From Mobula hypostoma (lineage: Eukaryota), in NCBI RefSeq assembly GCF_963921235.1, contig NC_086097.1, positions 46,254,001-46,318,000 of the forward strand: a stretch of 64,000 nucleotides of DNA, in the 5' to 3' direction. Within the stretch, counting starts at the first letter, position 1; every line of letters begins with the position of its first letter. Under the pieces are notes generated by a model. That model had not been told where the DNA came from. It ran no database searches and saw nothing but the letters and a program-made list of their open reading frames with translations. The position numbers were made by a program, and so were the translations under genes. This document shows, piece by piece, positions 53,573 to 64,000 of this stretch.

Positions 53573-55069
53573 CAGGTGTCCCCCGCTTTTCGAACGTTTG
53601 CTTTACAAAACCTCACTATTATGAAAGACCTACATTAGTACCCTGTTTTCGCTAACAGAAGGTGTTTTCACTGTTACGAAAAAATCAGCACGCGCCCCGA
53701 GCAGCTGCTCTCCCCCGGATTCGGAACAGCATTCTCGCCAGCATTGCTTTAACATAAGCCTGTGAGCAGCCATTTGCAAGATGAGTTCTAAGGTATCGGA
53801 AAAGCCTAAAAGAGCTCATAAGGGTGTTACACTTAGCGTAAAACTAGACATAATTAAGCGTTTTGATCGTGGTGAACAAAGTAAGGACTAAGTGAGTTTG
53901 GCTTGTGGAAGCTGACGAAGATGATGTTGAAGAGGTTTTGGCATCCCATGACCAAGAACTGACAGATGAAGAGCTGATGCAATTGGAAGAGGAAAGGATA
54001 ACAATCGAAACCGAATGAGTAATGATAAAGTACAACTTTAATTTTGAAAGGGTATGTAGCCTTAGGGCATATTTGCAGGATGGTTTGGGTGCTTACAAAG
54101 AACTGTACGATAGAAAAATGCGCGGGGCTCAGCAGTCAAGCAAGCCTTCCACATCAGCCACAGCAGACGACCAACCTTGACCTTCGACATCAAGGCGGGC
54201 AGTCATAGAAGATGAGCTGCCTGCCCTAATGGAAACAGACAACGACGAGATGACACCCCACTGTCCCACCACCCCAAACCCCAGGCCGCGGACAGATACC
54301 GATTCGCGGAGAATGCAGCCGTAGCCGGGAGACACACAGCACATCTTTAAGAAAAAAGCCAGAATAAACTTGCTAATTAATTAGGTACTGCCCGGCACGT
54401 AATTGTCGGCCAGCACCTAATTAGTTAGCTTGTTTATTTCAACTTTTTTCTTAAAGATGTGCTGGGTGCGTCCCGGCTACCACTGGACCCCTGCATGCTT
54501 CGCGGATCGGTATCGGGTCGCTGCCCAGAGGGCGGGGGCCACTGCACCACCCAAACTCCGACAACTCAACCTAACACACCATCATCAGTGTGCTCTGCAC
54601 TGCCCCAATTCCGGTAAGTGATACTACACTGTACATACATTATTTCTACTTTATATAGGCTGTGTATTTTTACGTGTTATTTGGTATGGTTTGGCAGCTT
54701 CATAGCTTAAAGGTTACTGGAGAGCGCTTGCGTGAGATTTTCTGCCGACAGTGCTTGCACATGTTTCTGCCAAGAGTGCTTGCATGAGATTTTCGCTACG
54801 GAGAACAGTTCAGGCAATAATTGTGGAAAAGTATTTCTACCTTATATAGGCTGTGTATTTATCATACCATTCCTGCTTTTACTATATGTTACTGTTACTT
54901 TAGGTTTTATGTGTTATTTGGCATGATTTGGTAGGTTATTTTTGGGTTTGCGAACACTCACAAAATTTTCCCATGTAAATAAATGGTAATTGCTTCTTCA
55001 CTTTATGACATTCTGGCTTACGAACCGTTTCATAGGAACGCTCTACCTTTGGATGGCGGGGGAAACCTG
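53573..55069 (+). mobile_element. Internally deleted Tigger/pogo DNA transposon
   Basis: TA TSDs; TIRs caggtgtcccccgc / gcgggggaaacctg; 53781-53891 encodes MSSKVSEKPKRAHKGVTLSVKLDIIKRFDRGE (CENP-B/psq HTH start), followed by acidic C-terminal 'DVEEVLASHDQELTDEELMQLEEE'. Confidence 0.9.
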
Positions 55070-56689
55070 TATACTGCTATTGCACACAGAGGCTGCTCAC
55101 TTGGGAGAGGGGTAGCTTTTGTGACTGGTATTGTCTTGCATGCCTCGAAGCATGCATACAAGATTTTTTTTTAAATAAGAGTGTCAGGGAAGGAGGCATC
55201 AGCGTAAAGTTGACGCCGTTTTTCCTTACCCTTAATGCCCCGCCATATTTGCCAGAGATCATTATCAGGCAAGTATTCCTGATTGGTTTTTTTTGAGTGA
55301 AGGGGGTCTTAGCCCTCTTGACGCCCAAGGTGAGGTTTCTCCTGGCTACTCTGTCACCAGACTTGAAGGCAGCATCCTGGGCTTTTAGTAAGGAGCACAC
55401 CCCAGCATTCAGCCAGTTTCTGACTGGGCTGTGAGATGACTCATTGTGGTACCAATGTCATCCACACACTTACAGATGTAGCCGGTGACAGATGAGGCAT
55501 ACTCCTTAAGGTCCCTGCCTTCTCCTATGTGACACCCTTCTTGAACATCTGCTAGCTAGTTTATTCAAATTATCCTGAAGCATAGAGATTGCCTCATTAG
55601 GCCATATAGTGATGGTCCTCTTGACTGTTTTCTCCATTTTCAGCAGCAATCAATATGCCAGGATTAACATTATGGAGATGTGGTCAGAGAGACCAAGATG
55701 AAGGTATGGGATGGCTTTGTAAGTACTGTGCCTGTTCGTATAAATGCAGTTCAGACTCCTTGCTCCTCTTGTGGCCATGGTGTCACGTTGGTGGAATTTG
55801 GATAAAATATCCTGTAGGTTAACATGATTGAAGTATCCTGCAATGATGAAGAAACCGTCTGGATGCTTGTTTTGTTGAGAACTGATGATACTGTAAAGCT
55901 CTCCCAGTGTGTCCTTGCCATTAACACTCATGGGGTATGTGGACAGCAGTGACGAACACAACAGGAAACTCCCTGAGCAGGTAATATGGCCGCATTTAAT
56001 TGCAAGAATTGCCCCAGAACAGTGACCGCTAACTGGAGATGAGTTTGTGCACCAACCTTGGTTAATGTACAAAGAGTTTCCACCTGCTTTGGATTTCCCC
56101 GATAGGGAGTTTTTAATTTGTGTGGAACAGAGTCATCCCATGTTGTTGGACATGTTGTTGTTTAGTCATGTTTCGGTGAAAACCAGAACGCAGCAGTTTC
56201 TTCTCCGTTTCTGTGCACTCATTCTCAATCTCAATGAGTCCATTTATTTTCTAGTGAGCAGATGTTGGCCAGGAGAAGTGGTGATTCCGCCAGTCACTCC
56301 GGGTTAGCTCTCAATGTAGCTAGTGCCCCAGCTCTCTTGTCACGTTTCTACTTCCTCTCACACAGCCCGTGTCCGCCGCTTCCTCGGCAGAGCCGCCCAG
56401 ACCAGGTTGCTGTCGCGGGGTCTGCCATCCTTAGAATCCTTGTCTGTTAAGCACTGCTATTAACTCTGCGGCCGGTGGCTTAAAAGTAATTTTGTCTAAG
56501 AGTTCAGCAGCGCTGTATTCACAGACCTTTGGTAGACTGAAATCCCTGACTGGAAACTGAAATATTAAGCATTCATAAATACATTATTTATTCCATAAAA
56601 ATATTAATTTCCATAAATACATCATGCATATAATCTTTTTCAATCATGAGTGGTCTGTTCATTATTTACTTGGATTATTTTTTAAGCCA

Positions 56690-57945
56690 CAGCATAATCA
56701 TGGAGCGTCTAAACAGCCGAGATGCACATCAGGATGCTCTTTATTGACTACAGCTCGGCATTTAATACCATTATCCCCTGAAAGCTAATCAATAAGCTTC
56801 AAGACCTTGGTCTCAATATCTTCTTGTGCAACTGAATACTCAATTTCCTCACTTGTCCAGTCAGCTCAGATTGGCAACGACATCCTCTCCACAATCTCCA
56901 TCAGCACGGGTGCACCACAAGGCTGTGTGCTTAGCCACCTGCACTACTCCCTTTATACTGTGTGACTAACACAGATCTAATGCCATATTCAAGTTTGCCA
57001 ACAACACCACTGTTGTAGGCCGAAACAAAGGTGACAATGAATCAGCATATAAGGAGGGAAATAGACAAAGCAACCTCCTACTCAATGTCAGCAAGACAAG
57101 GAGCTGATTATTGACTTCAGGAGGAGGAAACCAGGAATCCATGAGCCAGTCCTTATCAGGAGGGATCAGAGGTAGGGAGAGTTAGCAACTTTAAATTCCT
57201 CGGTGTTACCATTTCAGAGGATCCGTCTTAGGCCCAGCAGACAAGTGCAATCATGAAGAAAGCACTGCAGCACCTCTACTTCCTTAGAAATATGCGAAGA
57301 TTCAGCATGATGTCAAAAAATCTAACCAACTACTATAGATGTGTAGTGGACAGTATATTCACTGGCTGCATCACAGTCTGGTATGGAAACTCCAACACAT
57401 CAGAAGAGAAAATCCTACAAGCAGTGGATGAGCGCCGTTTCATCACAGGAAGAGCCCTCCCGACCAGTGAGCACATCGACATGGAACGTTGCGCAGGAAA
57501 GCAGCATCCATCATCAGGGGCCCCCACCACCCCAGGTTCTTTTCTCACTGCTGCCATCAGGATGAAGGTACAGGAGCCTCATGATTCATACCACCAGGTT
57601 CTGAAACAGATATTACCCTTCAACTATCAGGCTCTTAAACCAAAGGGGATAACTTCACTCACTCCATCATTGAAATGTTCCCACAAGCTATGGACTCACT
57701 TTCAAGGACTCTTCATCTCATGTTTCCAATATTTTTTGTTTATTGTTTATTAATATTCCTTTCTTTTTGTAGTTGCATAGTTTGTCATCTTTTGCATGCT
57801 GGTTGAATGGCCAGATGGTGCAGTCTTTCATTGGTTCTATTCTGGTTATTATTCTATTATGGATTTACTGTCCACTATAAAATTAATCTCAGGGTTGTAC
57901 ATGGTGACATACATGTGCTTTGATAATATATTTACTTTGAACTTT
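56690..57945 (+). mobile_element. Rex1-like LINE RT + 3' end
   Basis: 'FIDYSSAFN', 'GAPQGCVLS', ORF 57253..57753; tail ataatatatttactttgaacttt. Confidence 0.85.
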
Positions 57946-57978
57946 AATCTCTTCCCATTGCTTTATATGCTACTCACA

Positions 57979-58509
57979 CACTCAGTCACCACTTTATTAG
58001 ATAGGCCTGTACACCTGCTCATTAATGCAAATATCTAATCAGCCAAGCATATGGCAGCATCTCAATGCATAAAAACATGCAGACATGGTCAAGAGTGGGG
58101 AAGAAATGTGATCCAAGTGTCTTTATCCATGAAATGATTGTTGGAGTCAGACCAGGTGGTTTGAGTATCTCAGAAACTGCTGATCTTCAGGAATTTTCAC
58201 ACACAACTATCTCTGGAGTTTACAGAGAATGGTATGTGAAACAAAATACATCTAGAGGGTGGCAGTTTTGTGGGCAAAAACACCTTGTTAATGAGAGAGA
58301 TCAGGAGTATGGCCAGGTGGGTTTAGGCTGACGGGAAGGTGTCCGTACTTCAAATAACCACGTTACAACAGTGATGTGCAAAAGGGCATCTCTGAATGCA
58401 CATGTCGAACCTTGAAGTCGATGGGCTACAGCAGTAGAAGTCCACGAACATACACTTAGAGGCCACTTTATCTGGTATAGAAGATACCTAATAAGTGAGA
58501 CACTGAGTG
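57979..58509 (+). mobile_element. Non-autonomous Tc1/mariner element
   Basis: TIRs cactcagt..cactttattag / ctaataagtg..actgagtg followed by TA; paired-like HTH remnant 'MIVGVRPGGLSISETADL..FSHTTISGVYREW'. Confidence 0.85.
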
Positions 58510-59611
58510 TATTTCTAAACCAATGAGAACTAAATAAAATGCATCTCATTGCTTCCTTAATCACTTTATATTGCTTTTTAAAGAATTGGTATACCTCCAC
58601 TAAAGACAAACATATAACCTGAACCAATAGGGTACTGTTAAAGTTCCTTATCTCTCACTATGGGTAACCAGTCTAATATCATTCATTTGCATCTCACAGC
58701 AACATCACTTCAGTTTGGATGAATAAAATACAGTTTGAATACCAGCTTCTGTGGAACAGGGGACATGGTTCTTTTATTTACTTTGGTGTACAGGAGGTTA
58801 CGCTGTTCTAGTGCTTGCAACATTCTTTGTTTAGTTTGGCCTTTGAAAGGGGTAATGATAGCACTGTTAAACATTAGCTGAAATTTCCCTCTAAACTCAG
58901 ATGTATAATGTACCATCAGTTAACATTACTATTAGCTGTCTATACATACACTCACCTAGTGGAGATGGTCACAAAACTGCATATTGTGTGCTCAAAAGTA
59001 TGAATGTGATTCACTTAAAAATTTGAAAAATCATGGATATTGCCTTTTACTTCAGAAATTCTGATGTAAAATCAAAAGACGAATTATAAAAACTGGGACT
59101 CACCTTGGACTAAAATGCTTCTCTAATGTATTTCAGATGGATTGCCATCAAAGGCAGTTAATTCTCCAAGGGTTCTAATTTTTTTAAAATATATGTCAGT
59201 TAAGTAGGAAATTACTGTGTATTATTCTTTTTTTATATCCTTTTAAAATCCCCCTAATTTAATCTGAGGAAATAAAAAGCAGAATTTTAGAAAAATTAGT
59301 TGAAATTTAAACACTGGGAATGATGATGCAGTAGTCAGAAGTAAACTAGTTATTGTTTAATAATATATTGTATTAAATTAATTTGATATGCTGGGATGGC
59401 TTGATCACTTTCAAAAGTCAATAGTTTAATTTCCCTGCAAATCATTTATTACTTCCACGGAATGGAAGCAAATGGGCTTGACATGCCAAATAACTTTTCT
59501 CATATCTATCGCACTTGCATTTTGCCAAACTTTTCCAGTTTGCTGTCGCTGTATCAACTGATATTACTATTTTTAGTATTTGTAAACACTTATGAGGTGT
59601 TGCTTATAGAA

Positions 59612-61196
59612 AGTACATTGGATTCTGGTTACTTAAGCCATCAGTTAATCAGAGCAGCTGTTTATTTGGGACAGCTCTTAAAGAACAAAATCTAATCGAG
59701 AAAATTGCCAGAATACCCACCATTTATTTGGGTATGCCGCTTAATTGAGTGGGCTACAGTAGCTGAACAGGTTTTAACTCATGTCAGTCACAGCCACTTG
59801 TGTGGCTGTTAGATACAATAGCATCAGTTACTTGTGTTTGTGTGCAAAAAGTGCAATATTTGTCTCTGATATTTAGCGAGATACAAGCAGTAAGACAATT
59901 CAGAAGTTTCACCAATTGCGGTTTAAAGTATTCAAGCTTGGATTTGCCAGAAATGGCCAAGAGTGAAAATGAAATGATTTCACTATTTCAATAAGTTAGG
60001 AACCATCTGAAGGTATCGACAATCATCTTGAATGTTACAATAAAAATGAAGATTGAGGATGCAATTGTGAGCTTTGTATGAAGGCAGTCCATTATCTGCA
60101 CTAGGTATCTGCACTGATTTGGTTCATTGTGTACAGTGGACAAATTCATAGGTCAGTAATTATTAGGAACTAATACACAGCTTTAGTCGTCTGGTGGAGT
60201 AGTGGCATCAGTGCAGGACTTTGGAGCGAAGGCTCCCAAGTTCGAATCCAGCCGGCCCCCTTGCACGCTTTCCATCCGTGCTGGGTTGAGTGTCGAGCTA
60301 GCAACTCAGCCTTGTAAAAATAAGAAAGCCTGCTAAAAACAAAATGCCATCACGACGGCGTCCCGATGACTCCACTCGAAGTTAAGGGCTTTCTTCTTCT
60401 TCAATACACAGCTTTATAGTACTGTTCCTCAAGGCTATTATAGCCAGGGGTGGAAATGAAGACAAGCTCCCGCTATCTATTAAATGCTCCCAATGATGTG
60501 CACCTCAAATAGCCTTTGACAACCACGTCCAGCTCCTGGCTTTCACAAGTGGCCTAGCTACTAAACCTGGCTGAACCATTTCTACTGACACGAGAAGGCA
60601 CAAAGGTGGGCTACTGGTGCCTTAAAACCAGTCACTTTGGCAGATGGGGTTCATCAGCCATGGTTGGCAGCTCATCTAAGATAAGGAAAAGTCTGATCAC
60701 AAACCTCCGCTGCCTTGAAGCTAGAACCCATTCATGGGGAAGGCTTCGGAAATAAACACTGAGGGAAAAATCTGGAGCTGGAGTCCCTAAGGCAGTTCTA
60801 CATCAAGTTCAACACTGACTGGCAACTACTACAACACTGTTGGTACCAAACTGTATTGGTCTCTGCTGTTCCTTTGAGTTCAACAGATGTGTGAAGGAGA
60901 GCTTGCTACATGGGCAACAGCTTGCTCTCCATATCGTACCACCCAAGCTTGCGCATCTAGAACGCAACATCCATGATCGTCCCTGACCGACGGAGGCCTT
61001 ACTGCTATTGATAGAGTTCTAATTTGTTCTGCATTTCATTTAAGTAAATAATCTGTCTGTTATTTGTGTATGTATAATTAAAATACACACACACCTTTTT
61101 AACCATTTCCATGAAACGTCAACTAATTGGGGCAGCCACATAATTGGGCCAAAATGTACTGGTCCCAATGTGTCCCAATTAATTGGAATCCACTAT
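59612..61196. mobile_element. Tigger-like non-autonomous transposon hosting a SINE and an unclassified repeat (~60425-61000)
   Basis: Degenerate TIRs tacattggattctggtta / aattggaatccactata. Confidence 0.6.
60186..60402 (+). mobile_element. tRNA-derived SINE with (ttc)n tail
   Basis: A box TGGAGTAGTGG, B box GTTCGAATCC; 14-bp TSD aatacacagcttta at 60172-60185 and 60403-60416. Confidence 0.9.
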
Positions 61197-62054
61197 ATAT
61201 CAAAACAAGTTAAAGATTGAAATAAAACATAGTAAAACATTCTAATCCAGGTTTCAAACTAGATTTAAAATCTTCATTTTTTTCTACCCATATTTCATGA
61301 CAAACCAGAAAGGCTGGTCATCTGAAACAGTTGATTACAATGTTATGTTCCGAGAACTGTTGATGAACCCCAAGCAACTCATTTTCATAATAGATGCCCA
61401 ACCCCCTCTACAGCTCCATCCAAAGGCCGCTTACTTCATTCTTGAACAGAATCCCAGCAGTTTTCATCCATCAGCCCCCTCCTTCATCTGGCAGAACTCT
61501 TTCTCATACCCCATAACAACTTCTTCAGCTTCGCTCCATCCAAATCAAAGGTATAGCTTGATCCAACATATGTAGCTTCTTCGGATAAAAGATGGAACAG
61601 TTCTTGCTTCTGTCCTACTCAGGACCCCACCCTCACCTGATTTTTCTGATTGTTGGTAGCTGTTGGTCATAGATGGCAGAGAATAGTGGTGGATGGGGAC
61701 CCGAATTTTGCAACAAGTGATGTACCACAGAGATCAGTATTTGTGAAACAAATATATAAATGACATAGATGAGAGTGTCGGCCACATGATCACCAAGTTT
61801 GCAAACAGTATGAAAACTGGTGGATTCACATGCAGTGACAGGAATTGTGCAAGGATACAGTGAGACGAGATCAATTAGAACATTTGGTAGAGCAGTTGGA
61901 AATGGAATTTAATCCAGAATACTGTGGGATAATGCACTTTGGATGTCAAATTCTGGTAAAACAGTAAATCAGCAGGGTTCTTGGGAGCATTGATGTATAA
62001 AGAATCCTTGAATTAAGTCCATAGCTACCTAAGAATGACAATACCCATTATAAG

Positions 62055-62933
62055 CTCAAGATACATCTTCAGAAGTTTTCAGATGACTCTGCCATAGTTG
62101 GATGCATCAGCAAGGGAGATGAGGCTGAGTACAGGGCTACGGTAGGAAACTTTGTCACATGGCGTGAGCAGAACTATCTGCAGCTTAATGAGAAAAAAAC
62201 TAAGGAGCTGGTGGTAGACCTGAGGAGAGCTAAGGTACCGGTGACCCCTGTTTCCATCCAGGGGGTCAGTGTGGACATGGTGGAGGATTACAAATACCTG
62301 GGGATACGAATTGACAATAAACTGGACTGGTCAAAGAACACTGAGGCTGTCTACAAGAAGGGTCAGAACCGTCTCTATTTCCTGAGGAGACTGAGGTCTT
62401 TTAGCATCTGCCAGACGATGCTGAGGATGTTCTACGAGTCTGTGGTGGCCAGTGCTATCATGTTTGCTGTTGTGTGCTGGGGCAGCAGGCTGAGGGTAGC
62501 AGACACCAACAGAATCAACAAACTCATTCGTAAGGCCAGTGATGTTGTGGGGATGGAACTCGACTCTCTCACGGTGGTGTCCGAAAAGAGGATGCTGTCT
62601 AAGTTGCATGCCATGTTGGTCAATGTCTCCCATCCACTACATAATGTACAGGGTGGGCACAGGAGTACATTCAGCCAGAGACTCATTCCACCGAGATGCA
62701 GCACAGAGCGTCATAGGAAGTCATTCCTGCCTGTGGCCATCAAACTTTACAACTTCTTCCTTGGAGGGTCAGACACCCTGAGCCAATAGGCTAGTCCTGG
62801 ACTTATTTCATAACTTACCAGCATAATTTACATATTACTATTTAACTATTGATGGTTCTATTACTATTATTTATGGTGCAACTGTAACGAAAATCAATTT
62901 CCCCCAGGATCAATAAAGTATGACTATGACTAT
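62055..62933 (+). mobile_element. Young Rex1-like LINE 3' fragment
   Basis: 'KFSDDSAIVG', ORF 62211..62789, tail tatgactatgacta. Confidence 0.85.
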
Positions 62934-62982
62934 ACCTTGACTAACCTCTTCCCACTGTTGTTGGTAACGGCTCTATTTCATT

Positions 62983-64000
62983 CAACACACATCAAAGTTG
63001 CTGGTGAACGCAGCAGGCCAGGCAGCATCTGTAGGAAGAGGTGCAGTCGACGTTTCAGGCCGAGACCCTTCGTCAGGACTAACTGAAGGAAGAGTGAGTA
63101 AGGGATTTGAAAGTTGGAGGGGAGGGGAAGATCCAAAATGATAGGAAAAGACAGGAGGGGGAGGGATAGAGCCAAGAGCTGGACAGGTGATAGGCAAAAG
63201 GGGATACGAGAGGATCATGGGACAGGAGGTCCGGGAAGAAAGACAAGGGGGGGGGACCCAGAGGATGGGCAAGAGCTATATTCAGAGGGACAGAGGGAGA
63301 AAAAGGAGAGTGAGAGAAAGAATGTGTGCATAAAAATGAGTAACAGATGGGGTACGAGGGGGAGGTGGGGCCTTAGCGGAAGTTAGAGAAGTCGATGTTC
63401 ATGCCATCAGGTTGGAGGCTACCCAGATGGAATATAAGGTGTTGTTCCTCCAACCTGAGTGTGGCTTCATCTTCACAGTAGAGGAGGCAGTGGATGGACA
63501 TGTCAGAATGGGAATGGGATGTGGAATTAAAATGTGTGGCCACTGGGAGATCCTGCTTTCTCTGGCGGACAGAGCGTAGATGTTCAGCAAAGCAGTCTGC
63601 CAGTCTGCGTCGGGTCTCGCCAATATATAAAAGGCCACATCGGGAGCACCGGACGCAGTATATCACCCCAGTCGACTCACAGGTGAAGTGTCGCCTCACC
63701 TGGAAGGATTGTTTGGGGCCCTGAATGGTGGTAAGGGAGGAAGTGTAAGGGCATGTGTAGCACTTGTTCCGCTTACACGGATAAGTGCCAGGAGGGAGAT
63801 CAGTGGGGAGGGATGGGGGGGACCAATGGACAAGGGAGTTGTGTAGGGAGCGATCCCTGCGGAATGCAGGGGGGGGGGGGAGGGAAAGATGTGCTTAGTG
63901 GTGGGATCCCGTTGGAGGTGGCGGAAGTTACGGAGAATAATATGTTGGACCCGGAGGCTGGTGGGGTGGTAGGTGAGGACCAGTGGAACCCTATTCCTAG
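62983..64000 (-). mobile_element. Penelope-like element of the same family, running off the window end
   Basis: GIY-YIG ORF 63373..63699; terminal repeat matches the 6415 and 50059 copies. Confidence 0.92.
63045..63080 (-). ncRNA. Consensus-perfect minimal hammerhead ribozyme motif
   Basis: Reverse complement agtc-CTGACGA-agg gtctcgg cct-GAAA-cGTC-gact. Confidence 0.8.

Larger units (their letters stand above)
49812..56530 (-). mobile_element. Near full-length decayed Rex1/Babar LINE interrupted by a PLE and a Tigger
   Basis: APE remnant 55650..56072 ('FIIAGYFNH', 'LSDHI'); RT remnants 53134..53505, 52792..53100, 52487..52855; 3' UTR 49812-50058. Confidence 0.8.

Noticed and set aside
42332..64000. 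First coding exon or CpG-island promoter of the kinase
   Set aside because: I found no matching N-terminal coding sequence by eye; the CpG-rich patches belong to TEs. It is probably beyond the window.

Overview
Vertebrate nuclear genomic DNA. The repeat set (CR1 with an esterase ORF1, Rex1/Babar, V-SINE/HE1-like, Deu-domain SINEs, Penelope-like elements) suggests a cartilaginous fish, probably a ray; that assignment is inference. The window is intronic sequence of one minus-strand MRCK/DMPK-family kinase gene, best match CDC42BPB. Two coding exons are present (42240-42331 and 1557-1640), separated by a ~40.6 kb intron. Most of the rest is nested transposon debris, and most ORF-track entries are TE fragments or noise. 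The most interesting signal is a family of Penelope-like (GIY-YIG, Neptune-type) retroelements whose terminal repeats carry minimal hammerhead ribozyme motifs on both strands. They insert as fold-back inverted structures with 13-15 bp TSDs, down to a 162-bp hairpin-only copy. Other notable items are a ~320-bp local duplication at a CR1 5' junction, a solo LTR beside the kinase exon, and a LINE holding both a PLE and a Tigger. Boundaries of old elements are approximate and were read by eye.
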